Of a stretch of DNA of 64,000 nt, positions 50,859-61,394 are shown piece by piece; position 1 is the stretch's first letter; the number at the start of each line of letters is the position of its first letter. Origin of the DNA: an uncultured Pseudomonadota bacterium (GTDB lineage Bacteria; Oederibacteriota; Muellerivitia; Muellerivitales; Muellerivitaceae); assembly GCA_963770835.1 (NCBI GenBank), contig CAVYRH010000026.1, positions 416,001 to 480,000 on the forward strand. The letters run 5' to 3'. A program made the position numbers and the translations under genes. The notes beneath the pieces were generated by a model. The model saw nothing but the letters and a program-made list of their open reading frames with translations. It made no database searches and had not been told where the DNA came from.

Positions 50859-53800
50859 ATGACCCCCGTTGAAAGCCCGTCTGCCGCCGGTACGGATCAA
50901 ACCTCCTCTCCTTTTTACCAGCTTCTCCAACAGATCCCCCTTCAATGCTACGAGCAGGAACGCTTCCTCCAGTCCGAGCTTTTGGGCGTCCAGGTCTACC
51001 CCGAAAAGGGAATCCTGGTTTTGGGGATCAAAATGGCCGCCGCCGTTTCGCCCGAAACCTACGCCAATGTTTCCCGCTACTTAAAAGAAAGCCTGCCTAA
51101 CGTGAACCGGGTGGTTCTGGACGTCCATTACGCCCCCGGCGCCCTGAACCTTTCCGATTACCTGGCCGCCCACGAAAAAGACCTCGTTTTTTGCCTGATG
51201 GAAGAGGCGGATATTGCCGAAGGATGGTTTTCCCACTACCGCATCGAGGTGAAGGGGTCGGACCTTTCCTTGCAAGTCCCCCACGAACTGGCCCGCCAGC
51301 AGTTGGAACGAAAGCAATGCGAAAAAATTCTTAAAGACCTTTTGAAGAACCGGTGGGGAAATGACCCAAAGGTTGGGCTTTCGATTAATCCGGAAATTCT
51401 GCCGGTGGTGCCGGTCGCCGAAGAAAAGCCAGCGGACTTTAACGCCGCCCCCAAGGCGCCCGCTGCCGTCATCGTTTTCGGCCGCAAGATCGCCGAGGAA
51501 CCCCAATCCATGGACGTGAAAGACGAATGTAACGGCTTCGTGGCCCAGGGCGAGATCATCAGTTTCGAACAGATCCAGACCCGAAGCGGCCGGTTCCTTA
51601 TCAAGATAACCATCACCGATTACACCGATTCCCTTGACGTCCGTCTTTTCCTGGAAGGCGACAAAAAACTGAGCGTCCCCTTGAAGGAAAGGGACTGGGT
51701 CAGGGTAAGGGGGGACTTGCGGCCCGACAAATACTCCCACGACGAGCTGACCCTGTCGGCCAAGGACATCATGAAAATACCGCCGCCGGAGAGCCGCAAG
51801 GACACGGCCGCAGAAAAGCGCGTGGAACTGCATTGCCACACCCAGATGAGCCGCATGGACGGCCTTTCCAAGATCGACCGGCTCATTGAAAGGGCCGCCA
51901 ACTGGGGCCACTCGGCCATCGCTATCACGGACCATGGGGTGGTGCAGGCTTATCCGGAAGCCCGGGCCGCCGCCAAGAAGAACGGCATCAAATTGATCCT
52001 GGGGATGGAAGGCTACCTGGTGGATGAGTTCAAGCGCGAAAAAGGCATGAGCATCTACCACATCATCCTCCTGGTCAAGAACAGGGTGGGACTGAAGAAC
52101 CTTTACCAGATGGTTTCCGAAAGCCACCTCAAATATTTCTATAAAAGGCCGCTCATTCCCAAGGCCCTCCTGCAAGAACACCGGGAGGGAATCATCGTGG
52201 GTTCGGCTTGCGAGCAGGGGGAAGTGTGGCAGCACCTGTTGCACAAGGGGAGGCCGCTGGAGGAAGTGGCCCAGTTCTACGACTACATCGAGATCCAGCC
52301 CTGCGCCAACAACGAGTTCATGATCGGGGACGGGGTGGTCAAGGACATGGACGAACTGCAGCGCCTGACCCGGCTTCTTTACGACACGGGGAAAAAACTG
52401 GGCAAGCCCGTGGTGGCGACCGGGGACTCCCATTTCATCGACCCCCAGGACGATGTTTACCGCAAGATCCTACACGCGGGAATGGGCTACGGCGTGGAGC
52501 GCCAAGCGCCCCTTTACTTCAAGACCACCGACGAGCTCAAAAGCGACTTTTCCTATTTCGGGGAGGAGATTGCGCACGAGCTGGTGGTGAAGAACCCGAA
52601 AATCATCTCCGAAATGGTGGAGGATGTGGAGCCCCTGCCCACCCAAACCCTTTCCCCCATGTGGGAGGGAGCCGACGAATTGCTCAGGGAAACCGCCACT
52701 CAAAAGGCCCATGAGCTTTACGGGAATCCCCTGCCGGATTTTATCGAGAAGCGCCTGCAAAAAGAACTGGGGGCCATCATCAACAACAAGTTCTCGACCC
52801 TCTATGTCATCGCCATGAAGTTGGTGAAGAAATCCCTTTCCGACGGCTACATCGTGGGAAGCCGGGGAAGCGTGGGCAGTTCCTTCGTGGCTTTCCTTTG
52901 CGGCATCACCGAAGTGAACCCCCTCATGCCCCACTGGCGCTGCAAGGAAGGGAATTGGTTCGAATTCCCGCCCAAACCCTCCTCCATGGCGGGGGTGGAC
53001 CTGCCCGAAAAGAACTGCCCGAAGTGCGGTAAGGACGCCGTGCGGGATGGGTTTTCCATCGCCTTCGAGGTCTTCATGGGCTTCAAGGGCGACAAGATGC
53101 CGGACATCGACCTCAACTTCTCCGGCGAATACCAGCATATCGCCCATAAATACGTGGAAGAGCTTTTCGGCAAGGACCATTGCTTCCGAGCGGGGACCAT
53201 TTCCGCCGTCCAGGACCGCATCGCCTTCGGCTTCGTGAAGAAGTTCGTGGAAGAGGCGGGCCGCAACCCGCGCAACGCCGAATTGAACCGGCTGGTCAAG
53301 GGCTGTTCGGGTGTCTCCAAGACCACCGGCCAGCACCCCGGCGGCATTGTCATCCTCCCGAAAGAAATGGAAATCACCGACGTCTGTCCCGTCCAGTACC
53401 CCGCGGATAACAAGGATGGCGACGTCATCACCACCCATTTCGACTACAACAGCATGCACGACTGCCTGGTGAAGCTCGACATCCTGGGGCACGACAATCC
53501 CACCAGTTTGAAAAGGCTGGAGGAAATGACGGGCGTTTCGGCCATCGGCATTCCCTTGAACGACCCCGAAACCATGAGCCTCTTTTCCTCCACCAAGGCG
53601 CTCAAGCTGAAGGAGAAAACCGACAAAGACTTGGGAACCCTCGGAGTTCCCGAATTCGGGACCAACTTCGCCATGGACATGTTGCGCGACACCAAACCCA
53701 CCAAGTTCGAGCATTTGGGCCGTTTGTCCGGCCTGGCGCATGGCACGGACGTTTGGCTGGGGAATGCACAGGACCTGATCAAAAAGGGAACAGCCAATCT

Positions 53801-54527
53801 TTCCACCGTCATTTCCACCCGAGACGACATGCTCAACGACCTGTTGGCCAAGGGAATGGACGAGGCCCTTGCCTTCAAGATCATGGAAGACGTCCGCAAG
53901 GGCAAGGGACTGAAACCCGAGTACGAACAGGCCATGGTGGCCGCCAAAGTGCCCCCCTGGTACATCGAAAGCTGTAAGAAGATCAAGTACATCTTCCCCA
54001 AGGCCCACGCGGTGGCTTATTGCATCATGAGTTTCCGTATCGCTTATTTTAAAGTGCACCACCCCCTCGCCTTTTACGCGGACTATTTCACCAACAAAGC
54101 CTTCGGCTTCGACGCCACGGTGGCCTGCGGCGGCCTGGGCCGGGTGAAGGACTGCATCAAGCTCATCAGGTCACTCGAGAAGCCCACCAACAAGGAATTG
54201 GACGAGGCCTCAGTTTTGGACGTGGTGGAGGAAGTCTACGCGCGGGGGTTCAAGTTCCTGCCGGTGGACCTTTACAAGTCCGACACCCGGCAGTTCCTGG
54301 TGGAAGAACAGGATGGGGAGAAAAAACTGCGTCCGCCCCTGATCGGATTGCCGGGCCTAGGCGAGACCGCCGCCGATGCTATTGTGGAAGAACGCAAAAA
54401 AGGGCCCTTTGGTTCAGTGGAAGACCTGCAGGACCAATGCGGGGTGAATAAAAACGTGGTGGAGATCCTCAAAACCCATGGTTGTCTCAAGGATGTCCCC
54501 GATTCCAAGCAAGTTTCGTTGTTTTAA
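50859..54527 (+). CDS. polC: DNA polymerase III alpha, PolC type, lacking the inserted exonuclease domain
   Basis: N-terminal domain and OB fold (ITDYTDS), RVELHCHTQMS.MDG, VGSRGSVGSS, PDIDLNFSGEYQ, TTGQHPGG, LVKLDILGHD.PT, KIKYIFPKAHA, terminal QVSLF clamp motif. Confidence 0.96.
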   Translation: MTPVESPSAAGTDQTSSPFYQLLQQIPLQCYEQERFLQSELLGVQVYPEKGILVLGIKMAAAVSPETYANVSRYLKESLPNVNRVVLDVHYAPGALNLSDYLAAHEKDLVFCLMEEADIAEGWFSHYRIEVKGSDLSLQVPHELARQQLERKQCEKILKDLLKNRWGNDPKVGLSINPEILPVVPVAEEKPADFNAAPKAPAAVIVFGRKIAEEPQSMDVKDECNGFVAQGEIISFEQIQTRSGRFLIKITITDYTDSLDVRLFLEGDKKLSVPLKERDWVRVRGDLRPDKYSHDELTLSAKDIMKIPPPESRKDTAAEKRVELHCHTQMSRMDGLSKIDRLIERAANWGHSAIAITDHGVVQAYPEARAAAKKNGIKLILGMEGYLVDEFKREKGMSIYHIILLVKNRVGLKNLYQMVSESHLKYFYKRPLIPKALLQEHREGIIVGSACEQGEVWQHLLHKGRPLEEVAQFYDYIEIQPCANNEFMIGDGVVKDMDELQRLTRLLYDTGKKLGKPVVATGDSHFIDPQDDVYRKILHAGMGYGVERQAPLYFKTTDELKSDFSYFGEEIAHELVVKNPKIISEMVEDVEPLPTQTLSPMWEGADELLRETATQKAHELYGNPLPDFIEKRLQKELGAIINNKFSTLYVIAMKLVKKSLSDGYIVGSRGSVGSSFVAFLCGITEVNPLMPHWRCKEGNWFEFPPKPSSMAGVDLPEKNCPKCGKDAVRDGFSIAFEVFMGFKGDKMPDIDLNFSGEYQHIAHKYVEELFGKDHCFRAGTISAVQDRIAFGFVKKFVEEAGRNPRNAELNRLVKGCSGVSKTTGQHPGGIVILPKEMEITDVCPVQYPADNKDGDVITTHFDYNSMHDCLVKLDILGHDNPTSLKRLEEMTGVSAIGIPLNDPETMSLFSSTKALKLKEKTDKDLGTLGVPEFGTNFAMDMLRDTKPTKFEHLGRLSGLAHGTDVWLGNAQDLIKKGTANLSTVISTRDDMLNDLLAKGMDEALAFKIMEDVRKGKGLKPEYEQAMVAAKVPPWYIESCKKIKYIFPKAHAVAYCIMSFRIAYFKVHHPLAFYADYFTNKAFGFDATVACGGLGRVKDCIKLIRSLEKPTNKELDEASVLDVVEEVYARGFKFLPVDLYKSDTRQFLVEEQDGEKKLRPPLIGLPGLGETAADAIVEERKKGPFGSVEDLQDQCGVNKNVVEILKTHGCLKDVPDSKQVSLF

Positions 54528-54579
54528 TCCTTGCTCTTGAATAAATCCTTTATTTGCGGCCTTTTTTCGGGGCCGCCCC

Positions 54580-54608
54580 TTGCCAAACCAAACCCTTTCT
54601 GATATAAA
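54580..54608 (+). promoter_or_regulatory. Sigma-70 promoter of the rimP-nusA-infB operon
   Basis: TTGCCA-17 nt-TATAAA with extended -10 TG. Confidence 0.65.
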
Positions 54609-54632
54609 AATATCGCAATTTAAGGTTGTCCC

Positions 54633-54666
54633 AAAAAGTGGGCCCTTTCCGGCCTGCTTTTTTTTT
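54633..54666 (+). promoter_or_regulatory. rimP leader hairpin / attenuator-like terminator
   Basis: AAAAAGTGGGCC-CTTTCC-GGCCTGCTTTTTTTTT between promoter and rimP; resembles the AGTGGG hairpin commonly seen upstream of rimP-nusA. Confidence 0.65.
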
Positions 54667-54752
54667 CGTATCTTTTTTGCCGGTAGCGCTGGACATGGTT
54701 TGATGTACCTTCGACGGCCGAAAGGCCGTTTGTTGTTTATGGAGCAAAGGAA

Positions 54753-55226
54753 ATGGGACTCCTGGATGAAACGAAAAGCGCCCAACTTCGGGGTTTAGCC
54801 GAGGGGGCGGCCAAGGACAACTTCCTGGAGCTTTTTGACTTTAAGCTCAGGCCCCAGGGTAAAAAGCTTGTTTTAACCGTGGTTTTGGACAGGAAAAGCG
54901 GTCCGGTGAGCGTTGATGATTGCACGGTGGTCAGCCGGGACCTGGAAAAAAAGCTGGATGCAATGGACCTCATTGAGGCGTCCTACATCCTGGAAGTATC
55001 CTCACCGGGCTTGGACCGCCCCTTGCGGAATCTTGAGGACTGCCAAAGGTTCAAGGGTCGCAAGGCCCTCATGATCTTAAACGAGCCCCGGGAAGGCCAG
55101 GTGAGCCTGGAGGGCCGGCTGGGCGAAGTGAGCGAAGGGAAAGTGGAAGTCTTGATGGGCAAGGAGCGGGTCCTTTGGGTCCCCTTTACGGCGGTTAAAA
55201 GCGCCCGGTTGGTGGTTGAAATTTAA
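54753..55226 (+). CDS. rimP: Ribosome maturation factor RimP
   Basis: VSVDDC..VSR, YILEVSSPGLDRPL; first gene before nusA. Confidence 0.93.
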   Translation: MGLLDETKSAQLRGLAEGAAKDNFLELFDFKLRPQGKKLVLTVVLDRKSGPVSVDDCTVVSRDLEKKLDAMDLIEASYILEVSSPGLDRPLRNLEDCQRFKGRKALMILNEPREGQVSLEGRLGEVSEGKVEVLMGKERVLWVPFTAVKSARLVVEI

Positions 55227-55230
55227 ACTT

Positions 55231-55296
55231 AATTAGCAATTAGGAATTAGAAGTCAGGAATTAAAATTTCCTCATTCCTCATTCTTAATTCCTAAA
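55231..55296. repeat. Inverted heptamer-array element (AATTAGG type)
   Basis: aattagc-aattagg-aattaga-agtcagg-aatt ... ttcctca-ttcctca-ttcttaa-ttcctaa. Confidence 0.8.
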
Positions 55297-55313
55297 TCGA
55301 GCGGAGCGAGTGA

Positions 55314-56645
55314 ATGAGCAACGAATTAGCCCTGGTGATGAGCCAGCTGGAACATACCAAGCGCATCGACAAGAAGAAGCTCGTCGAGGCGATCCAAGCC
55401 GCCTTGTCCTCCGCCGCAAAGAAAATCTACGGAGCGTCCCAGGAAGTCGACGTGGAGTTCGATGAACTCAACTACGAATTCAAGGCCTTCTATCTCAAGG
55501 AAGTCGTGGAGGAAGTCACTGACTCCAATACTCAATTCACCCTGGCCGAAGCCCGCAAGTTGGACGGTGCGGCGGAAGTCGGCGGCGTCATCAAGGTGCG
55601 CATTCCCGCCGAGCAGTTCGGACGCATCGCGGCCCAGACCGCTAAGCAAGTCATCGTGCAGCGCGTGCAGGACGCCGAGCGCCAGAGCGTTTACGACCAG
55701 TTTAAGGAGAAAGAGGGCGACCTCATCACCGGAAGCGTCCTAAGATACGAGGGACGCAACGTCATCATTTCCCTGGGCGACACCGAAGCCCTCATGCCTG
55801 CCAAGGAACAAGTGCCCCGGGAACGTTATTCCACAGGGGAACGCATGAAGTTCCTGGTGCTGGAGGTGCGCAAGACCCTGAAAGGGCCCGCCATCATCGT
55901 CAGCCGCGCCCATCCCAACCTGGTGCGCAAATTGTTCGAATTGGAAGTCCCCGAGATTTACGAGGGCTCGGTCAAGATCGAAAGCGTGGCCCGGGAACCG
56001 GGCGCCCGCACCAAGATTTCCGTGCGCGCCATGGGCGACGACCGCATCGACGCCGTTGGCGCCTGCGTGGGGGTCAAGGGCATCCGCGTGCAGAACATCG
56101 TGGACGAGATCCGCGGCGAAAAAGTGGACATCGTGCGCTGGGACGAGGAACCCCACAACTACCTCTCCAACTCCCTGTCGCCGGCCAAGATCGCCCGCAT
56201 CGTCTTCCACCCCGAAATCCAATCGGCGGAAGTGATCGTGCCCAATGACCAACTGTCGCTAGCCATCGGCAAGAAAGGCCAGAACGCCCGCCTGGCGGCG
56301 CGGCTGACCGGCATCAAGATCGACATCAAGAACGAGGAACAACACACCCTGGAGGAAAGGGCCCGCATGGACGCCCACTTCCAGGAAGTTTCTCAGGAAA
56401 CGCCGGAAGGGCTCGCCCAGGCCGAAATTGCGGCCCCCTCAGCGGGGGCAGCGACCCAAACGGAAGAAGAAAAGAAAGCTGCCCCGCCGGATGAAATCGA
56501 TGAAGGAGCGGTCAAGGGTGAAGCGATCCCTGAGACCCCCGAGTTGAAGAAGGACGCGGAAGGCATTCCCGACATTCCCCCCTCGCCGGTGGTTCCGGAA
56601 GGGTCCGCGAAAGCCGCGGAAGGGGAGGGGACGGACACCCCATGA
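55314..56645 (+). CDS. nusA: Transcription factor NusA with acidic C-terminal tail
   Basis: [59 protein letters not shown]. Confidence 0.97.
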   Translation: MSNELALVMSQLEHTKRIDKKKLVEAIQAALSSAAKKIYGASQEVDVEFDELNYEFKAFYLKEVVEEVTDSNTQFTLAEARKLDGAAEVGGVIKVRIPAEQFGRIAAQTAKQVIVQRVQDAERQSVYDQFKEKEGDLITGSVLRYEGRNVIISLGDTEALMPAKEQVPRERYSTGERMKFLVLEVRKTLKGPAIIVSRAHPNLVRKLFELEVPEIYEGSVKIESVAREPGARTKISVRAMGDDRIDAVGACVGVKGIRVQNIVDEIRGEKVDIVRWDEEPHNYLSNSLSPAKIARIVFHPEIQSAEVIVPNDQLSLAIGKKGQNARLAARLTGIKIDIKNEEQHTLEERARMDAHFQEVSQETPEGLAQAEIAAPSAGAATQTEEEKKAAPPDEIDEGAVKGEAIPETPELKKDAEGIPDIPPSPVVPEGSAKAAEGEGTDTP

Positions 56646-58931
56646 GCAAGCGCCTTTTTGAATTCGCCAAGGAACTCGGACTCCCCAGCAAAGACGTTTT
56701 GGAGCGTTGCAAAAAGCTGGGCCACAACATTCCCAGCCAGCTGACGGTGGTGGATGAGAAGATCCAGTCCGACGTCCGCCGCGACCTGGGACTGGCCGAC
56801 CTCCATTCAACCTCCGCCGCCGCTCCCCCGGCCCCGGCCGCCACCGTTACCACCGCAGCCCGCCCGGCCCCGGTACCATCGGCTTCCCCCTCCGCCACCG
56901 CGGCCAGGACCATGGTCAAGCCCGCCACGGGCCTGTCCGGGCCCATGGCCACTTATCCGACTCTCAAACCCAGCTCGAAGCCCTCAAACCTTAAGACGAC
57001 CACCGTCCCCCGCCGGTCGGGTCCATCGGTCAAACCCACGTCCATTAAGGGCGGGGGCCATGGCTTGGCGGCCGGACGCCCCAAGAACGTCGCCACCCTA
57101 GTGAAGGAGTCGACGGAGGAAAAACCGAAGACCGAGGAACTGAACGCGGATGGAACGCCCGTAACCCCCAAGGTCCTCACCCAAATCAAGGTCACCGAGG
57201 GTATCACGGTGGCCGAGCTGGCCCAAAAGCTCAACCTGAAGGCCGGAGTCCTCATCAAGGAACTGCTCGACCTGAAGATCCTCGCCACCATCAACCAGAG
57301 GCTGGACCTGACAGTGGCCGAAACCCTGGCTTCGGCCCACGACGCCGAAGTGGAGGTGGTACCCCTTTACGGCGCGGAAATGTTCCAGGATACGCCCGAC
57401 GACCCCAAAGACCTGAAACCCCGGTCCCCGGTGGTCACCATCATGGGACACGTGGACCACGGTAAAACCCTGCTTTTGGACGCCATCCGGAAGACCAAGG
57501 TGGCCGAAGGCGAGGCCGGCGGCATCACCCAGCACATCGGCGCCTACCAGGTGAGGCAGGAAAAGGGCTCCATCACCTTCCTGGATACGCCGGGCCACGA
57601 GGCCTTCACCCTCATGCGAGCCCGCGGCGCCAAGGCCACGGATATCGTGGTGCTGGTGGTGGCCGCCGACGACGGCGTCATGCCCCAAACCCTGGAAGCC
57701 ATCGACCACGCCAAGGAAGCCAAGGTCCCCATCATCGTGGCCCTCAACAAGATCGACAAACCCGAGGCCAACCCCGACCGCGTAAAGACCCAGCTGGCCG
57801 AGCGGGGCCTGGTTCCCGAGGCCTGGGGTGGAACCACCATTTACGTGGAGGTCTCGGCCAAGAAGCGCCTGAACCTGGACAAGCTTTTGGAAATGATCCT
57901 CCTGCAGGCGGAAGTTTTGGAACTCAAGGCCAACCCCGACCGCGCACCCAAAGGCGTGGTGCTGGAAGCCCGGCTGGACAAGGGCCGCGGGCCGGTGGCC
58001 ACCTTCCTGGTGGAAAAGGGAACCCTCAAGGTCGGGGATAACATCATCGCGGGCAGCACCTACGGCCGCGTGAAGGCGCTCCAGGACGACCTGGCCAAGC
58101 CGGTGAAATCGGCCGGACCCGCCACCCCCGTGGAAGTCCTGGGCCTCTCCGACGTGCCCCAGGCCGGTGACGTGTTTTACGGCGTGGAAGACCCCAAGGT
58201 GGCCCGCGAAATCGCCAGCCGCCGCAGCGAGGCCCTCAAGGACAACCGCTTGGTGGGCGCCATGAAGCACATCACCCTGGACAACCTCTTCGACCAGATC
58301 AAGGAAGGGCAGATCAAGGAACTCAAGGTCATCGTCAAGGCCGACGTGCAGGGGTCCGTGGAAGCCCTCGCCCAGTCGCTGGAAAAGCTTTCCACTGAAA
58401 AGGTGATCCTCAAGGTCATCCACAGCGGCGCGGGCAATATCGTCAATTCGGACATCCTGCTGGCCTCCGCCTCCAACGCCATCGTGGTGGGCTTCAACGT
58501 CAAGGCGGACTCCAACGCCAAGGCCACCGCCGAGAAGGAAGACGTGGACGTCCGGGTTTACAAGATCATCTACGACGCGGTGGAGGATGTTCGCAAGGCC
58601 ATGGAAGGGCTTGCTCGAGCCCACCTACCGCCAGGTTTCCATCGGCCGCGCGGAAGTGCGCCAGCTGTTCAATACGCCCAAGGGCACCATCGCGGGCTCC
58701 ATGGTGATGAGCGGTAAAATCACCAGCAAGGCCAAGGTGAAGGTCCTGCGCGGGGAAGAAATCGTTTACGAGGGGGCCCTGACTTCCCTCAGGCGCTTCA
58801 AGGATGACGTTAAGGAAGTGAACAACGGGTTCGAGTGCGGGATCGGCATCGAGGGGTTCGATGAAATCCAGGTGGGGGACCAGCTGGAGGCCTATATCCT
58901 GGAGGCGGTCGCGCAGAAACTCGAAGACTAA
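56642..58931 (+). CDS. infB: Translation initiation factor IF-2 (one apparent +1 indel at ~58608)
   Basis: [47 protein letters not shown]-terminal [18 protein letters not shown] in ORF 58587..58931. Confidence 0.96.
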
Positions 58932-58932
58932 T

Positions 58933-59043
58933 AAAAGCAGTTTTGAGTTCTTAGTTTTTAGTTCTGAGTTGATGAATGTTTTCAATTTGACCTCCAAATT
59001 GAAAACCTCCGTCACTCAAAACTTAAAATTCAAAACTGAGAAC
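58933..59043. repeat. Inverted heptamer-array element (AGTTTTD type) with inner hairpin
   Basis: agttttg-agttctt-agttttt-agttctg-agtt ... gttttcaatttg/caaattgaaaac ... actcaaa-acttaaa-attcaaa-actgaga. Confidence 0.85.
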
Positions 59044-59045
59044 CG

Positions 59046-59336
59046 GTGTTTGAAGTGGTCATTGGCCTTTTGCGGGTGGAAGTCCATTATCCCGAAAGCG
59101 GTTCCCTCAAGACCAAACGCTTCACCTTGAAAAGCGTCACGGACCGGCTGAAGCGGAAGTTCAACGTCTCCGTGGCCGAAGTGGAATACCAAGACCTCTG
59201 GCAGAGGTCGGTCCTGGCCCTCGTGACGGTCAACACGGACCGAAAACACGCCGATTCCACCCTTTCCAAGGCACTGGATCTCCTGGAGAGCGAGGGGGAC
59301 TTGCAAGTGACCGGCATCCAGACCGAATATCTTTAA
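59046..59336 (+). CDS. ylxP: DUF503 (YlxP) family protein
   Basis: SLKTKR..LKS...RLKRKFNVSVAEV..QDLWQR; between infB and rbfA. Confidence 0.88.
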   Translation: MFEVVIGLLRVEVHYPESGSLKTKRFTLKSVTDRLKRKFNVSVAEVEYQDLWQRSVLALVTVNTDRKHADSTLSKALDLLESEGDLQVTGIQTEYL

Positions 59337-59450
59337 AGGCAGTTTTTAGTTTTGAGTCCTTAGTTTTGAGTTGAGGTCGTTTCCCGTTCGGGAATTCCAA
59401 ATGGGAAACATTCATAAACTCAAAACTCAACACTTCGAACTTAAAACTAA
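59337..59450. repeat. Inverted heptamer-array element (AGTTTTD type) with inner hairpin
   Basis: agttttt-agttttg-agtcctt-agttttg-agtt ... gtttccc/gggaaac ... aactcaa-aactcaa-cacttcg-aacttaa-aact. Confidence 0.85.
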
Positions 59451-59502
59451 CAACGTTCTTAAGGTCGATAGCGGCAACAGTGACAGGCCAAGAGAGGAAA
59501 AG

Positions 59503-59871
59503 ATGGGTTTCAAACGGGCGGACAGGGTTTCGGAAGCCATTAAACGGGAAGTGAGCGTCATGCTGGTCCAGGAAGTGAAGGACCCGGGAATCCACTTCAC
59601 CACCGTCACGGCGGTGGAAACCGCCGATAATTTGCGCCACGCCAAGATATTTGTATCCATTTTAGGCGACGAAAAAACTCGGCAAGAATCCTTGGATGGA
59701 TTGGAAAGGGCCAAGGGTTTTTTAAGGAGTGAATTAGGACGCCGTCTTCAGCTACGATATGCCCCTGAGATCCAGTTCCAGCTGGACAAGTCCCTCGACC
59801 ACGCCATGAAGATTAAGGGCCTCCTGAACCAGATAAAATCCACCGAGGAAAAAAAAGACGATGAAGCTTAA
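59503..59871 (+). CDS. rbfA: Ribosome-binding factor A
   Basis: RADRVSEAIKREVS, KDP, AKIFVS, GFLRSELGRRLQLRYAPEIQFQLDKS. Confidence 0.95.
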   Translation: MGFKRADRVSEAIKREVSVMLVQEVKDPGIHFTTVTAVETADNLRHAKIFVSILGDEKTRQESLDGLERAKGFLRSELGRRLQLRYAPEIQFQLDKSLDHAMKIKGLLNQIKSTEEKKDDEA

Positions 59872-60865
59872 GACGAAAAAAGCCGTGAAAGTATCCGCCA
59901 AGCACAAAGCGGACCCTTTTAAAGAAGTGGTCCGGCTCATCAAATCCCACCAATCCTTTTTAATCACCACCCATGTGACGCCCGATGGCGACGGCTTGGG
60001 GGCCGAATCCGCCCTGTTCCTCGCCCTTCGCAAGCTGGGCAAAAAAGTGCAGGTCGTCAACCACGACCCCATGCCCCATCGCTTCGGGTACCTCACCTTC
60101 GCGCCCCATTACCGGGCCAGCGATAACATCCCCCCCCATGAGGTTTGTTTCGTCCTGGACGCGGGGGATTTCAGCCGCATCCGGGAAGGCGTCAAGCGCG
60201 AGGAATTCGGGACGCTGGTCAACATCGACCACCATTATTCCAATGACCATTACGGGGATTACAACCTGGTGATGCCGGAAGCCGCCGCCACCGGGGAGGT
60301 GGTCTACCGCCTCATCCGGGCCCTCAAGGTGAAGGTGGACAAGGGCATCGCGGAGGGCGTTTACACCTCCATCGTGACCGATACCGGAAGGTTCCGCTAT
60401 GCCAACACGACCCCCCGGATCTTCCGGCTAGCCGCCGAACTGGAGGAGGCGGGCGCGGATATTTCCCGCATCAGCGAGCATATTTTCGGCGATACCAGCC
60501 GGGAAGCCATGGAGCTGAACCGCCTTGCCCTGGCCACCATCCAGGTCTCGGACAACGGCTCCATCGGCTCCATGACCCTCACGCGGGGCGACTTCCTCAA
60601 ATCCGGCGCCTCGGACGACGACACGGAAAATCTCATCAACGTAGTGCGCAACCTGGACACGGTCAAGATCGCCATCTTCCTGAAGGAAAGACCCGACGGG
60701 CAGATCAAGCTTTCCTTGAGGTCCAAGAACGGCGTCAACGTGGCCGAAGTCGCCAAACTCTTCCACGGCGGCGGCCACGCCTACGCATCCGGGGCCGTCC
60801 TATCGGGACCCCTCGAAAAAGCCCTCCAGGAAGTGCTGAAAGCCTGCCAAGCCGCCCTCCGATAG
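59861..60865 (+). CDS. nrnA: DHH/DHHA1 family oligoribonuclease / pAp phosphatase NrnA
   Basis: THVTPDGDGLG, NIDHH, TDTGRF, SLRSK, GGGHAYASG. Confidence 0.9.
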   Translation: MKLKTKKAVKVSAKHKADPFKEVVRLIKSHQSFLITTHVTPDGDGLGAESALFLALRKLGKKVQVVNHDPMPHRFGYLTFAPHYRASDNIPPHEVCFVLDAGDFSRIREGVKREEFGTLVNIDHHYSNDHYGDYNLVMPEAAATGEVVYRLIRALKVKVDKGIAEGVYTSIVTDTGRFRYANTTPRIFRLAAELEEAGADISRISEHIFGDTSREAMELNRLALATIQVSDNGSIGSMTLTRGDFLKSGASDDDTENLINVVRNLDTVKIAIFLKERPDGQIKLSLRSKNGVNVAEVAKLFHGGGHAYASGAVLSGPLEKALQEVLKACQAALR

Positions 60866-60977
60866 AACCCAAAAACCAATTTTGAATTGTGGACGTTTTC
60901 ACGCAGTCAAAACAACTGTTCATTTTTAACTGCGAAGGTCAAATCCCCTGGACCGCGGGTAGTTAGTCAGTTTAGAT

Positions 60978-61371
60978 GTCATTCCGAGCTTTGACCTGCG
61001 AAAAGGCAGGTAATGCGGCGCAGGAACGCCCCCTCATCCCAACCTTCTCCCTCCAGGGGAGAAGGGAGCTAGTCACCCTCGCCCCTTGAGGGAGAGGGAC
61101 GGGGTGAGGGGTGCCGTTGTTCCTTAGAAGGAGCAAAGCCGATAGGCTTGAATTGCGACGTACCCCGATATCCATTGAATCTTTATGGTAATCGGGGTAA
61201 TACCGACCTCCTTGAAAGCTTTATGGATGGTCGGCATAGGAATCCTAGGTTTTTGCCGGATTTGACTGAGATTGCCCGTTGGCCTTTCTCGGGCCAAGGG
61301 TGGTTGGCCAGAGGCCAACTACGACAAGCCTGGCCCAAATCGCTCCGATTGGAGCTGGGCCTCGCAATGAC
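60978..61371. repeat. Composite palindromic region: GTCATTCCGAG...CTCGCAATGAC ends enclosing a CCCCTCA-type hairpin element at 61029..61111
   Basis: Ends match the 43871 element; the inner element matches 28240..28323. Confidence 0.65.
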
Positions 61372-61394
61372 GACTCTTCATTCAAACGAACCCA

